64,000 nucleotides of DNA from the human T2T-CHM13v2.0 reference genome, Homo sapiens. Made by a program: the position numbers and the translations under genes. Where the stretch lies: assembly GCF_009914755.1 (NCBI RefSeq), contig NC_060930.1; one strand, written 5' to 3'. The notes under the pieces were generated by a model. That model did no database searches and was not told the origin of the DNA. It saw nothing but the letters and a program-made list of their open reading frames with translations. Below, piece after piece: positions 10,545 to 24,835 of the stretch (positions are counted from its first letter, which is position 1; every line of letters starts with the position of its first letter).

Positions 10545-13320
10545 TATTTTTATTGTGGTATGATTATACATAGTAAAATACTGAGATTTTAAGAAAAAAG
10601 TTTAATAAGTTTTGAAAAACATACATACCTGTGTAACCCACAACCAATCAAGATATAGTACATCCCCAGCTCCTCAGAAAGTCCCCTTCTATCCCTTTTC
10701 TGCCAATCTCTCACCTCCGATATAGAGCCACAGTTCTGATTTCTATCTCCTTGGGTTAGTTTGGTTTGTTCTTTAATGTTTTCATGTGTGTCTAGATGCT
10801 TTTTCTCAGCATGCTTTTGAGATTAATTCCCGTTGCTGAGTGTTCAAGTAGTCCATTTCTTTTTATTGCTGAGTAGAATTCTACTGTATAAGTGTACTAC
10901 AAGTTGTACATCCATTTTTCTGTTGATGGGTATTTAGGTTATTTACATATTTTTGTTGCTATTTGCTCTGAGACTTTCTCTTTTATTCATGGATTATTTA
11001 GAAGTGTGTTTTTTAGTTTCCAAGTCTTCAGAGATTTTCCTTTTAAGTTAACCATATTTATTCCTAGTGTGATCCCGTTGTGTTCAGAGAATACAATGAT
11101 ATCATTCCTTTTAAATTTGTTGAGCTTTGATTTATGGCCCAATATTGTCTACTTCAGTATCTGTTCCATGACTACTTGAAAAAGTGTATTTTCTGCTAAT
11201 GATTAGTGGAGTATTCTATAACTGTTGATTGGACCTTTTGGTCAATAGTTTTGAGTTCTTCTATGGCCTTGTTAATTTTCTGTTCAGTTGTTCTATCAAT
11301 TGGTAAGAGGGGGAAATGACATCTCCAACAATGATTATGGATTTCTCTATTTATCTTTTCAGTTCTATTACTTTTAATCATTTTTATAATTTATTAATTG
11401 TGGTAAAGATCTATCACTTTTTGCTTAATATATTTTGTACCTCTGTTGTTTGGCACAAATACATTTAAGATTGCCTTGTCTTGATAAATTTACTTTTTTC
11501 ATTATATAAAATCCCTTTCTGACCACAGTAAATTTATTTGCTCTGAAGTCTCTTTATTCGATATCAATATAACTAATCTTCCTTTTTTGATTAATATTTT
11601 ATATATATAAAAAACTCTATATATTATATATGCATATATAATATATATTTCCATTCTATATTTTTAACTTATCTATGTCATTATATTTGAAGTGAATTTC
11701 TTATACACAGCATATAGTTCATTGTATTTTTAATTTTTGTCAATTTCTGTCTTTATACACTTAATGTAAGTGCTGATATCTTAGGATTTAATTGTACCAC
11801 TTTATTTTTGTTTTGTTTTGTTTTGTTCCACCTCCCTATGGGTTAAGCTTTTGATCTGCTTTTTAATAAATCTCTTTGTATAGACCTTTTCTGATATTAT
11901 CCAATGGAGAGAGGTGCCTTGTTACTGCTGGGTGGGGACAGAAGTCTAGGCTCCACATGTGGTCTCTACTGCCCAGCTGGGCTCAGGAATAGAGAGGTGG
12001 TGGTTCACTACTGGACAACAGAGATGAATTCTCAGCTACCTACTTGGCCTTCTCTGAAATAACCACAACAGTGGTTTTGGACTATCTCAGTACAACCTTG
12101 TGATGGTGGAAGTCTAGGGTTTCATCTGGCTTTTGCTTTCATGGGAGAGGGGAATAAATTGTGTTTTAATCTTAGACTAAAAGTTGTATACAAAGCTACA
12201 CTGCCCCTTTCTGGTCCTTTGATTAAAGAGAGCAGGTTTGTCAGAGCTTTTGTAGTTTGTGCCTGTTGACATTTCTGAGTTGTCAACTTCTTCAACTCTA
12301 TGTCTGAGATCTCTAAGATAAAAAAGAAAACCCAAGGGAATTAACAACTGTGTCCCTAGCCAGCCTCTCTTCCCTCTACCTTTCAGAACCTTCTTGTGTT
12401 TGTTTTCTTCTCTATATTGCATGCAGGGATTTTATTTGTACTTAGTTTTCTTGAAGCAGAACTACTTCATTCTTTTTTATATTTTTCATCTCTTCTGAGA
12501 TGTCCACATTTGTTTACTAATTCTTTACACCTTTTCCTACATATTTATAAACCTTTTTGCAATAGTTGTTTTAAAGTCCTTGTCTGCTAGTCCCAATAAC
12601 TGGATCATCTGGAGATTGAACTTGTTAATTTTATTCTTGATTGTGTATCACATTACTTGCTTCTTTGTAGTTTCTATGCTTTAAAGAATTGCATTGGATA
12701 TTTTATATAGGAGAACAATGATGATGCAGGTATAGTAATATTTTGTGTTTTATTCCTCAGACAGGGTGTGCTCATTTTTATATGTTGCACCTAAGCTATT
12801 GAGCCAAGAGTCTAGCTCATCTGGGACTGAGCCATAACACTAGGAAGAGTGAGCTTACTTTCAGTTAACCCAACTCTTAACACCCCACGCTGCCACTGTT
12901 GCTGGGAGGCAATAGCCTCTTTGACCTTAGCACTGTTTTAGCCTGCAACCAGGGGTCTTATTGAGCCAAAGTATTACCTTTAGATTAAACAGTTCCAAAC
13001 ATTGAGAAATTGCATGAGGATTTCCACGCTATTTCTCCTGTTCAGTCCCAACTTTACTGCCTTTTTCTCAGCAACATTGAGATAAGTTAGAGTTAGAATA
13101 CCAAGCAAAATATTGTCACATTTTATGACATTGTAGACTTCAATATTTCCCACCTGCTGCTGCCATCAACAATAGCTTGGCTGGCCTCTTTTAGACCCGG
13201 AAAATGACTCTGTTTTTGGCACGCTTTCTCATCCATCTGTCAAAGACATGAAATTCGTCCCCAGTTGTGCTGTGAAGGGAGTTTATGTCTGAAAATCTGT
13301 TCAGAAGACTTTCTTCAACA
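10545..13320 (-). mobile_element. Mosaic of old L1M (L1MC/MD/ME-type) fragments
   Basis: Reverse L1 3'UTR (GTTGCTGAGTG...TACATCCATTTTTCTGTTGATGG) and reverse ORF2-like segments (GGATTATTTAGAAGTGTGTT; CTCCAACAATGATTATGGATTT); internal boundaries unresolved. Confidence 0.65.
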
Positions 13321-16300
13321 GAGTGAAGGTCTTCTGGGGATTTTACATATTAATAATTAATGGTTGTTTTATTTTACTTTTTTCTTTTATTCATTCTTTA
13401 TATACATATATAATAAATTCTATAATAATCATATATATATACGTAAGTATGTCTATGGGGCAAGTTTTACAAGATTCTCTTGTAAAAATTGAAAATGTTT
13501 TGTATTAGTTGGGAAAATATTTAAGAAAATTCGATTTAAAAAATATGTGCATTATGTTTGTGTTACATATATTAGAATACATATTAATTTGCTTGTTAGG
13601 AGCCAGTTTGTGAGCCAAAATGTTGAATTTGAAGTGCCTGAGTCTTCCAGGTAGAAGAAAACACCTCACACAAGTGCCATCCCAATCTGAAGCCAAGCAC
13701 AGGTGTGAGAAGCTGTGAAATAGTTCATTTGGAGAGCTGGAAACAAGGCTATGAGTTAATGGATATTTTTAAATGTCTTTTGTTCTTAATGGGAGGCACT
13801 CCATAATATTGCCAAAATTACTACACCACAAATAAAACTTATATTTTTATTGTTTTAGATAACAGAAGGAATATAATGAAAATACTCTACATCTATTTCA
13901 AAACACCTGCAAACTTTATCTTCTTGAAGAATCTCTCCTTTCCACTTTTCACCATTTGTTTCCTCTTGTCTAGTGCTAATAACTCTGTAAGTTCCCTAGA
14001 TGTCTTATTGACTTTCTCCTTTAGTGACCAGGTTTCATCAGTTTCCTCTTCTACTCTCTCTCTCTCTCTTTAGCATTTTAAAAATCACCTCCCTTTCTGG
14101 TTATTTTCCACAATCCTTAATTCTCATTCTTAAATCAAAAAATGTTCTCAATTTTTTCATCTAGAAAAGAAACAAATGAGTTTCCCCTTCAGGTCATGAC
14201 TAAGTTTCTATCAGACCAACTCTTAAGTACATACAAATAATGAACGCTGGATAAAATACATAAAACAACTACCTGCATGCACTGAAGAATATAGGGAGAT
14301 TAACATTTAGAAGAAGGGAAGAGCAAAGGGGAAGTCTTCCATATTTTTAGATCTTTTTTTTTTTTTTACAGCTTTTGACCAGAGGGCAGAGTAAATCAGG
14401 TAGGCGACAACAGAGTGTAGGAACTTTGATATAAAAACCTATATTTTACTGGCACAGAGAGCTTGAAGACAGATTGCATTGCAAATGTAGATACTAGAAA
14501 TTGAGATGTGAATCTCAAAAACAAGAGGTCAAGGAAGGAGGAGTCCAAATTCTGTACATAAGCTCTGCCTCACTCTCTTAACTACCTGTGTGCAGGAGGA
14601 AAAAAAGTGAACTTACATTTGACGTGCTGTTCATTGCAGATGGCAGGGGCAGTTTCCAATTTTAGCTCATCCAAATTAATTGCCTCTTTAAGGGAAAAAA
14701 AAGAAGCAATTATTCTTTGGCAGAACACAATAAAATGTAGATGCTAAAATGCATCATTCACAGTATATAAGATACAATCAAAAATTACTTAAAAATACAA
14801 GAAACTGGAAATCATAAATGATCCTCAAAAAAAAAAAAATCAATGAAGACCAATGCCAAATGACCCTGATGTTAACACTAGCAGATAAGAATTTTAAGGT
14901 GACCATTATAACCATGCTCAATGGGATAAGAAAAAAAAATGGAGTTTTTTTTGTAATGAGTAAAACAGACAATAAATCTCAGAAATGAAAAAGGAACTAT
15001 TAAAATGCAAATTTAAAAACTGACAGAAAATACCAGAAATTGCTTTTTAAGTCACTCAGCAGACTTAATAGCAGAATAAAGATACTAGAGGAAAAAATGA
15101 ACTAGAAAATCAATCAACAGAAATTATGTAACATTTAAAGTAAAAAAAAATTGAAAAAAATTTAATAGAGCATTGGAGATGTGTGGAATATTAAAAGGTC
15201 AAATATATATGTAGGGTCCCAGAAAGAGAATATAGGATGTGGGACAGAAAAAAAAATTTGAAGAAATAATGTCTGACAATTTTACTAATTTCTGAAACAT
15301 GTAGATGTACTAATTCAATAAGATCATCAAGCCCAAAGCAAAACAAATACAAAGAAAATCACAAGTATGATAGTCATTTCAAAGTGCTAACTACCAAAGA
15401 TAAAGCAAATATCTTTAAACTAATCTGATAAAACTCACTTAAGTGGAAACAACTTGAATACAGCTGACTTCTCCTCAGAAGGAATGAAGGACAGAAGACA
15501 GTGAGGCAATATCCTGATGGTGCTAGGGGAAAACAAAAACAACAACAATAAACATTTTACCTAGCATTTTCTATCAAGGGAAAATAACCTTAAAATAGCA
15601 GCAAAATAAATATATTTTTGGATTAAAAATCTAAGAATTTTCACCAAAGACCGATCTGCATTATCACAAATTCTAAAAGCCTTGACCCTCACAAAGAAAT
15701 GAAAGAGCATTGAAAATGGCTAGTATCTTGGTAAAATTAAGGACAATTTGTCCTCCCAGTCTACTTTTTTGGCTGATTTAAAGCAAAACTTATAATCCTT
15801 TGGGGATTATATGTTCTTATAATGTATATGACAACCGTAGTGTAAAGGGTAGGGGAATTAAATGAACTACAAAATTGCAGGATTTCTACATTACAGATGA
15901 AGTGCCTGAATTCATGACCTGGGTATGCATTAGACTGTCATTACACTCTTAGGTATTCACCCAAGAGAAATGAAAGCATATGTCCACACAAAGGTTTGTA
16001 ACATGAATGTTCGTAACAGCTTTACTTGCAGTGGCCCCAAAATGGAAACAAGTCAAATGTCTATCAAAAGGTGAATGAATAAACAAATTATATCATATCC
16101 ATAAAATAAAATTTAATTCAATATAGTAAGAAAGTACTCATTATTTTAATAGATTCAAAAGTAAAATTCTTGTGAACAAGGAATCCAAGAAATTTCCTTA
16201 ATGTAAAAAAGTCATTGTCAAAAATCCTACAGCTATAATTGTACTTAGGGATGAAATAGGGTAGGCTTTTCCTCAAAGATCTGGAACAAGGCCAAGAAGC

Positions 16301-16368
16301 TCACTCTTAACAATTCTAACTAACATGATACTAGAGTTTGCCTAAATGTTGTAATAAGGCAAGAAACA

Positions 16369-16753
<385 letters not shown>

Positions 16754-17505
16754 TTATGTAAAATGTATAAGGTGTTTGTAACCACTAGAATTAATACACT
16801 AATTTATGAAGTTAACAGAATAAAAGTCTAATAAGCTAAGATTAATTTTATTTAATATATTTTAACACAGAACTTGGAAATAAAAATGTTTCAATATTTA
16901 ATTTTCAAAAGTGTCAAAAAATTAATTTGTGATATTAAAGACTATGCTGAAAAACTGCAAAATTTGTTGAGAAAAAATAAGGAAGATCTAAATAGGAAGA
17001 TGCATCCTATTTATCAATTGAAAATCTGTGCATTGTTAATATCAGTTCTCCCCACACTGATCTATAAATTTAAAGTTTTGTGATTATAACCATAGTAGGC
17101 TTTTTTCTTTATGAATTCACAATCTGAGTCTAATATTCATACAGAAATGCAAATGGTTTATTTCCAAAGCAGTCATGAAAAACAATAGTTTGAGGACTCC
17201 TGCTATCTGACTTTAAGACTTGTGTAAAAAAGACAGTATGCTACTTTCAAAGGATAAATAAACATATCAATGGAACATAGTAGTCTAGAAATTGCAGAAT
17301 TAGTCACTCATGGGTACACTGATTTGATGTTTAAAAAAGCTTGCAAAGAAATCCAATGGAGAGGAATGTCCGTTTACCAAATGCTGCTAGAAAACAAGCA
17401 GATATCGATAGAGAAAACAATGATAATTGACCACCACCTCATTTCATACACAAATATTAAATTGAGATTAATCATAGACCAAAAGACAGAAGCTATAATT
17501 ATTAA

Positions 17506-17851
<346 letters not shown>

Positions 17852-18118
17852 CAGATGTTTCTTAAACACAGAAAGCAATAAGCATAAAAGAGCAAAAAAG
17901 ATGAAAATAAAAATCAATAATTCCTATTCATAAAAATAGATAACTAAGAAAAGTAAATAGCCACAAACTGGCAGAAAATATTTGCAAAATATATATTTAA
18001 CAATGAACTAATATCCAGGATACTTAAGTCTTATAAGTCAATAATAAAAATATGAAGAACCAAATTTAAAATGGGTAAACATTTGAACAGATATTTCATA
18101 AAGGAATATATGTGATAG

Positions 18119-18303
18119 GGCCAGGTATAGTAGATGTATCACACATATCACATAAAGTACCTATAATATCAGCACTTTGGGAGGCTGAAGCAGTAGGATT
18201 CCATGAGAAAAGGAGTTTGAGGCTGCAATGAGCCATGATTATGCCACTGCCCTCCAGCATGGGCAACAGAGAGAGACCCTGTCTCTAAAAAAAAGAAAAA
18301 AAA
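18119..18303 (+). mobile_element. Alu monomer (FRAM-like, or AluJ collapsed by arm recombination)
   Basis: GGCCAGG...CAGCACTTTGGGAGGCTGA...GGAGTTTGAGGCTGCAATGAGCCATGATTATGCCACTGC...GAGACCCTGTCTCT plus A tail; flanks ATGTGATAG / ATGTGTTAG. Confidence 0.85.
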
Positions 18304-19449
18304 ATGTGTTAGGCCAGTAAATACACAAAAAACCATTCAATATAATTAGTCATCAGAGAAATGCAAATTAAAATCATGAGATTTGTGCCCAAAGAAATTC
18401 TTTTAACAATGTAGACAGCACCTTTATTCATTCATAAGTGACAGAAGCTAGAAACATTCTGGTTATTCATCAAACACATTGTGGTATATTCATTCAATGG
18501 ATAATAATAAAAAGAAATGGATGTATATGCAATAACTGGGATAAATCTCTAAAACTATAGGCTGAGTGAAAGAAGTCTTTACAAGAATTTCATAATGCAA
18601 ACTACTATTTGTATGAATTCTAGAAGAGATAAAACTAATGTTCCTTCTTACTACTTCACAATCTCCCCCTAAGGTATATACACTGCCTTAGGGAGGAATT
18701 GTGAAGTAGTAAGAAGGAGTTTTTTGTGTTGATGATAATGCTCTTTATCTTGATAGAGATTTTAGTTGCATATCTATGTGCATTTATCACTACTCAATGC
18801 AAGGCATATTTAAAATATTTTTACGTTTTATTTTATGTAAATTTTATCTAAACAATTAAAAGAACCATAAGTAAATATTTGTTCTTTTAATTATATTCAT
18901 GCTGAAGTATTTGGGGGGAAATGTACCAATGCCATGCAAATTGCTGTAAAAAACATAAAAAATATTGAATTAATGAATGGATAGGCGGTTGTATGTGTAT
19001 ATGGATGTGGTAATAGAGGTGAAATAAAATATTAATTAAATAATAACAACATGTTTTAGTGTGGGGTGTATGGACTTTTACTGTAAAATTCTCTTTTGTA
19101 TATTTAAAGCTAGATATAACAAAATACAGGGAGAAAACATATGTATTTGACATAGGTAATACAAACCAACCTAACGAAAGCACCCAAACAAAAAAATCAC
19201 ACTCCGAAAGCAATGTTCTTTTGCAGGATTTGCAGGTACTGGCTTACTAAACTGCCTCCACTCTCATTTCACATTCTCTCTTCAATGCCTTACACATTTT
19301 TTCCCCGTGTCATTTTATTGCAACTGCTGGCTCAAAAAAACCCTTTGCTACATGGAAGGGTGATAAATTAGTACTTAAATGATTTGATATGTATACCTAC
19401 TTCCTTTAGGCTCCCATGATTTCTGATTCACTAGGTTTATCCCCAGCTT

Positions 19450-19758
19450 TTTTTGTTTGTTTGTTTGTTTTCTTTTCTTTTTTGAGACCGTGTCTCATTC
19501 TGTCGCCAGGCTGGAGTGCACTGGTACTATCTGTTCACTGCAACCTCCTCCTGCTAGGTTCAATTGATTCTCCTGCCTCAGCTCCTGAGTAGCTGGGACT
19601 ACAGGCACACACCACCATGCCCAGCCAATTTTTGTATTTTTATTAGAGATGGGTTTCACCATATTGGCCAGGATGGTCTCCATCTCTTGACCTCATGATC
19701 TGTCCACCTCAGCCTCCAAAAATGCTGGGATTACAGGCGTGAACCACTACACCTGGTC
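19450..19758 (-). mobile_element. AluSc-like
   Basis: T-rich/(TTTG)n tail, TCTGTCGCCAGGCTGG, GGATGGTCTCCATCTCTTGACCTCATGATC; flanks CCCCAGCTT / CCCCAACTT. Confidence 0.93.
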
Positions 19759-20510
19759 CCCAACTTCTTTCGTATTCATTTCTGGTCATCTCTTTAACCC
19801 TCTTTGACTATAATCATTCCAAGTAGAATGATTATTCTCAACATTCCAAATGCCCTTAGGTACCCCATGCATTCATATATCTTTAGTGAAAGAATACATC
19901 TTAAACTAAATTTTTAGCTCATAACTCTTCAGAGAGCCCGAACTGGATTATCCAATTACCTGCTGGGTATCTACATTGAATTATTCATACGCACCTTAAT
20001 CTAAAGATGTACAAAATAATTATTTGCTTCTAAACATGTTCCTGTGTATTTCTTGCATCAGTGATTAATTATAATATTTACCACACTAGCCAAAGTCTAA
20101 ATTAAAAATTCACCATTATTTTTTCCTCCACATTCCCAAACACAATCAATCACTGACTTTGATTTTTTTCTGTTCCTTTTATATCTTATAGCTCTATTTT
20201 TCTCTAATAATTCTGCCTTTTATTAGTCAAGCACATTTTAAGTCTTGTCTAGACAGTTCAAGTCTTCTAAATAATATTACTATTTCAGATGCTGTCTTTC
20301 TTCTGTCCAGTCTCAATACTGAAGCCAACATGATCATTTTGAAATGGATCTCTGATTATTTTTTTAATCTTCTTAAAAATTATGTAGTGTTATCTCATTG
20401 CCTTCAGAATCATACATAGATTAAGTCTTGCTTCTCAGCCTGCCATATAAGACTTATTATTATCTTTTCTCTCTTTACATCTTGAGTGTCATATCTTTAT
20501 ACTTACCCAT

Positions 20511-22443
20511 TGTAATAGGCTAATAATGCCCTCCCCCTGCAAAGTTGTCCATACTGTAATCCCCAGAACCTGTGAATATGTTGTATTACATGGCAAAAGG
20601 GACTTTACAGATATGATTAAGTTTACCAACTTTGAGATAGAGATAATATCTTATATTATTTAGATGGGTACAATCTATTTATATGAGCTTTTCAATGCAG
20701 AGACACTTTACTCTTTGAAGTCAGAGAGATAAGGCAGAAAGAAGGCAAGAAAGACGAAGTGGGAGAAGGACTTGACCCCACCTCATCTCTCTTGCTTTGA
20801 AGATTAATGGGCTTTGAGGCATGGAATACAAGTAGGCCCTGGAGGGTGGAAGTGACCTTGAACTGACGGCCAACAAAGAAATGGATCCTTTAGTACTGAT
20901 TGTACATTAGTACAATATCAAGAAATTGAATTCTGTCAACAACTTACAAAAGCCTGGAAGCTGATTCTCAACAAAGCCTCTAGTGCAGCCCTACTGCCAT
21001 TTTGATTTTAATCCCAAGAGAACTGTGCCAGGGTTCTGACCTGCAAACTGTGTGATAATAAATTTGTATTGTTGCATGTGCAATCAATTGATCTTTGACA
21101 AAGATGACAAAAATAAACAGTGGAGAAAGGACATTCTATTCAACAACTGGTGCTGGGAAAACTGGCTAGCCATTTGCAGAAGAGTAAAACTGGACCCCTA
21201 CCTCACACCATATACAAAAGTTAACTCGAGGTTGATTAAAGAGTTAAATGTAGGACATAAAACTATAAAAACTCTAGAAGAAAGTCTAGGAAAAACTCTT
21301 CTAGGTGTTGATGTAAGCAAATAATTTATCACTAGGACCTCCAAAGCAATTGCAAGAAAAAAATGGACAAATGGGAGTAAAGAGATTCTTCACAGCAAAA
21401 TAAACAATCAACAAAATAAACAGACAACCTACAAAATGGGAGATAATATTTGCAAACTATGCATCCTACAAAGAACTAATATCCAGAATATATAAGGAAC
21501 TTAAACAAATCAACAAGAATAAAAAGCAAATACACCTATTAAAAAATTGGCAAATGACATAAACAGACACCTCTCAAAAGAAAACTTACAACAGAAAACA
21601 AACATGAAAAATGCTCAAAATCGCTTACCATCAGATAAATGCAAATTAAAACCACAATGAGATACCATCTCACAAAAGTTGGAATGGCTATTACAAAATT
21701 ATTAAACACATGTTGGCAAAGATTCAGAGAAAAGGGAAAGCTTACATACTGTTGGTGGGAACGTAAATTAGTTCAGCCTCTATAGAAAACTGTATGAAGA
21801 TTTCTCAAATGACTAAAAATGGAACTGCTATTCGACCTAGCAACTCCACTACTGGGTGTCTACTCAGAGGAAAATAAATCATTTTATTAAAAAGGTACCT
21901 GCACTCATATGTTTATTGCAGCACCATTCACAATAGCAAAGACATGGAATCAACCCAGGTGCTCATCAATGGTAGATTGGATAAAGAAAATGTCATATAC
22001 ATACACCATGGAATACTATGCAGCCATGAAAAGGAATGAAATAATGTCCTTTGCAGCAACATGGATGTAGCTGGAGGCCATTATCACAAGTGAATTAATT
22101 CAGAGAAAGAAAATCAACTTCTGCATGGTCTCAACTATAAGTGGGAGCAAAACAATGGATACACATGGATAAAAGGATGAAAAATATAGACACTGGTGAC
22201 TCCAATAGTGGGGAAGATGGAGGAGTACAAGGGTTAAATAAACTACCTATTGAGTACTATGTTCACTATTTCAGTAATGGGTTTACTAGAATCTGAAACC
22301 TTAGCATCACTCAATATACCCATGTAACAAACTTGTACATGTGCCCCCTGAATCTAAAATAAAATAACAATTTTTAAAAATTGTGTTTTTTAAGTCACTA
22401 AGTTTGTGGCAATTAGTCACATCAGCAATAGAAAACTAATACA
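20511..22443 (+). mobile_element. MLT1D-like solo LTR split by an L1 (20511-21073 and about 22380-22443)
   Basis: TAATCCCCAGAACCTGTGAATATGTT...ACATGGCAAAAGGGACTTT start; the terminal TAAGTCACTAAGTTTGTGG...CAGCAATAGAAAACTAATACA resumes after the L1. Confidence 0.88.
21074..22376 (+). mobile_element. 5'-truncated L1 (L1PA15-17/L1PREC2/L1PB-type), ORF2 C-terminus and 3'UTR
   Basis: ORF 21052-21324 [39 protein letters not shown] is L1 ORF2p; 3' end ACCCATGTAACAAACTTGTACATGTGCCCCCTGAATCTAAAATAAAA. Confidence 0.92.
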
Positions 22444-24694
22444 GTTATATTGAATTATAAGCTTCAGCATTTCAAGAACCTTGTATACCTTTTTTTGTCT
22501 CCAGAGGTTTTCATATCCTTTTCTCTCTGCCTGGAACACCCTTTCTTCTTTGATTCTTATCTCCATCATTCTCATACATTATTTTCTAATAATATTTAAA
22601 GTCTCTTTTTAATCTCCTATTTTTGACAGAGTTATTTCATTTTCTATGAACCCCTCTAAAATCTGGGCTTTTCTCCAGCAGAAAACCTGTCATATAATAT
22701 TAAAACTTTCCATATTCCTGCCTGTCTTTCACCTGAAGCTAATTGAGACAGGAACTATGTGTCATTTATTACACTACCTCTTCTATTAATCATAATACCT
22801 GGCATATTATAGGCTCTTAGCAAATATTTTTGAATGAATAAAAGCTAACGCAAAGTAAATACATTAACTCTATTTGTTTAGACATTTTGTATTTGACAAA
22901 TTACATACATACCTTGAGATTACTAAAGGCAATCACTCTATCTGATCAAACAGAAAATAAGGGGGATATATTTATATAGGACGTTCTTCCATTTCTCTGT
23001 CTATCCAATTATCCAGCCAAAGTTTGTCAGTCTTGTTATTCTAGTCTCAAGGTTGCTATCACTTACAATTAACCTGTTTTTAGCTTTTGGACTTTCTTGG
23101 GTATTTCATTCAGATATTTTACCATGCCTAATATTATCATTACAAGTCTGTGTCAAGTGAATGACTATTTTGTCTTTTGGAGATGTAACTATTTGCAAAT
23201 TTGTTTGTGTAAAAGATGTGCTGGTATCATATAATTTAGCTCTTTACCTTCTCAACCACAACTACCTGTATAAACATGAAAGGAAAGGCCCCATTTTAGG
23301 GGAGTGGCATACTGAAAGATACTAGCTTGGAATAAAAGGCTGTCTAATTAGAAGTACTAATATTTTCCATGTTAGCTGCAATTAATTCTAATATCATGAA
23401 GCCATCGAATAAATTCAAAGAAACAGCCAAAAATGGATATTTGGGAGAATTATTGTTTTGTGTTTTATTTTTCTAGCATAAGGTGACCTTTGAATGTGTT
23501 CTCCCTTACTTTTAGAAAGAGATGGAGAGAACATAAGAAAATGCAACAGTTTACAAAGCCCTATAGTCAGCCCTATGATACATTTGTATGTGTCCAATAA
23601 TTGTCGTTAATGTTGTTGGGCCTACCAGAAATAACTAAATTATTTAGAGAGGGGAGCTCTAGTTGTTATATAGCACATGTTCAGATCTGTCATAGCCCAA
23701 TGGTCAGGAATTCAGATGGTTTTGTGGATCATGTTTCTATTTATAGGCAAAATTTTATATGTATGTGTATGTTTTAAGGAGAAGAAATTCATAGCTTTTA
23801 CTAAGTTCTCAGAAGCTACAGGGTCTGAAAAAAATTAAGAACTACTACATTTAAAACCACCTTTAAAAATATATAACCCTAAGCCTACTCAATGAATTGA
23901 TACACCAGTATGTTTTTTAAATATAAATTTATATAATGTCTTGAATATAATGAAACTCATAATTTCTTATAAATGTGGAATAAAACAAATATTGAATAGA
24001 ATTTCTTAGATTTTCTTTTTCTTCTTATTTTCTTTACTCTTCAAGATAATTAGCAACCTAATCTTCTCTTAAAATATAAAATGATGTCCTCTTGCCACTT
24101 TTTGTCAAGTAAGCATCTTTGTAATGACTTTCAAAGCTAAAAAAGAATATTAGAAAATAAATTTTTGGTTACAGTGGTAAAAATTTCACTAATGTTTTGA
24201 CCTAAATTAGGGACTCCGTGCTTCCAGATATCATAAATCATCAGTGAGATGGCCTTTCCAGAACTGAACTTCATTTACTGCTTTCATTGACCATATGAAA
24301 TACAGGTGTCCTTATCAGTGACCACCACAAAGAAACAGGGAAGACTCTTAACCTTTTAATGTGGTCTATTTCAATATGTAGCAAAATAGAATAGAATCCA
24401 CATGAAGGTGAGTGGATTATAAAAGTAGGTGTTCAGATTTTAGCAATTTAAAATTGCAAAAATGTCTCAGCAGAACCCTTAAATCATAATTATTCAACAC
24501 AGGTCATTCCTTGGTAATAACCAACAAAACAGTTTTGTGGTAAAAGGAAAAAACTTGAGTAAAGTATAAGAACTATCTTGTAAAGTCAAAGAATGTGGGT
24601 CAAAAAGCAGCCTAAATTAGTCTGATTGCTTCATATTATTTGTTATGAAGCCACACCAAAGAAATATATAAACTTGTACTAAAACTTCCATTAG

Positions 24695-24835
24695 AGATGC
24701 AGCTCTATGTTTCCATGTATTAGAACTTTGGCAAGTAAATTAACATATGTAAGCCTCACTTTAGTTTGTTAGTTAGAAATAGTATGCCTATTTTATAGCT
24801 ACTTTTAATGATATTTAAATTAGGGAATTTATATT
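24695..24835 (+). mobile_element. MIR fragment
   Basis: ACTTTGGCAAGTAAATTAACATATGTAAGCCTCACTTT resembles the MIR core. Confidence 0.5.

Larger units (their letters stand above)
19900..22842 (+). mobile_element. L2 LINE 3' fragment (about 19900-20510 and 22444-22842), interrupted by MLT1D
   Basis: ATCCAATTACCTGCTGGGTATCTACATTG; TCTCTGCCTGGAACACCCTT; ends ATACCTGGCATATTATAGGCTCTTAGCAAATATTTTTGAATGAATAAA. Confidence 0.7.

Noticed and set aside
23785-23850. Possible hAT/MER end (CATAGCTTTT...AAAAATTAAGAACTACT)
   Set aside because: Too short and degenerate to assign without a search.
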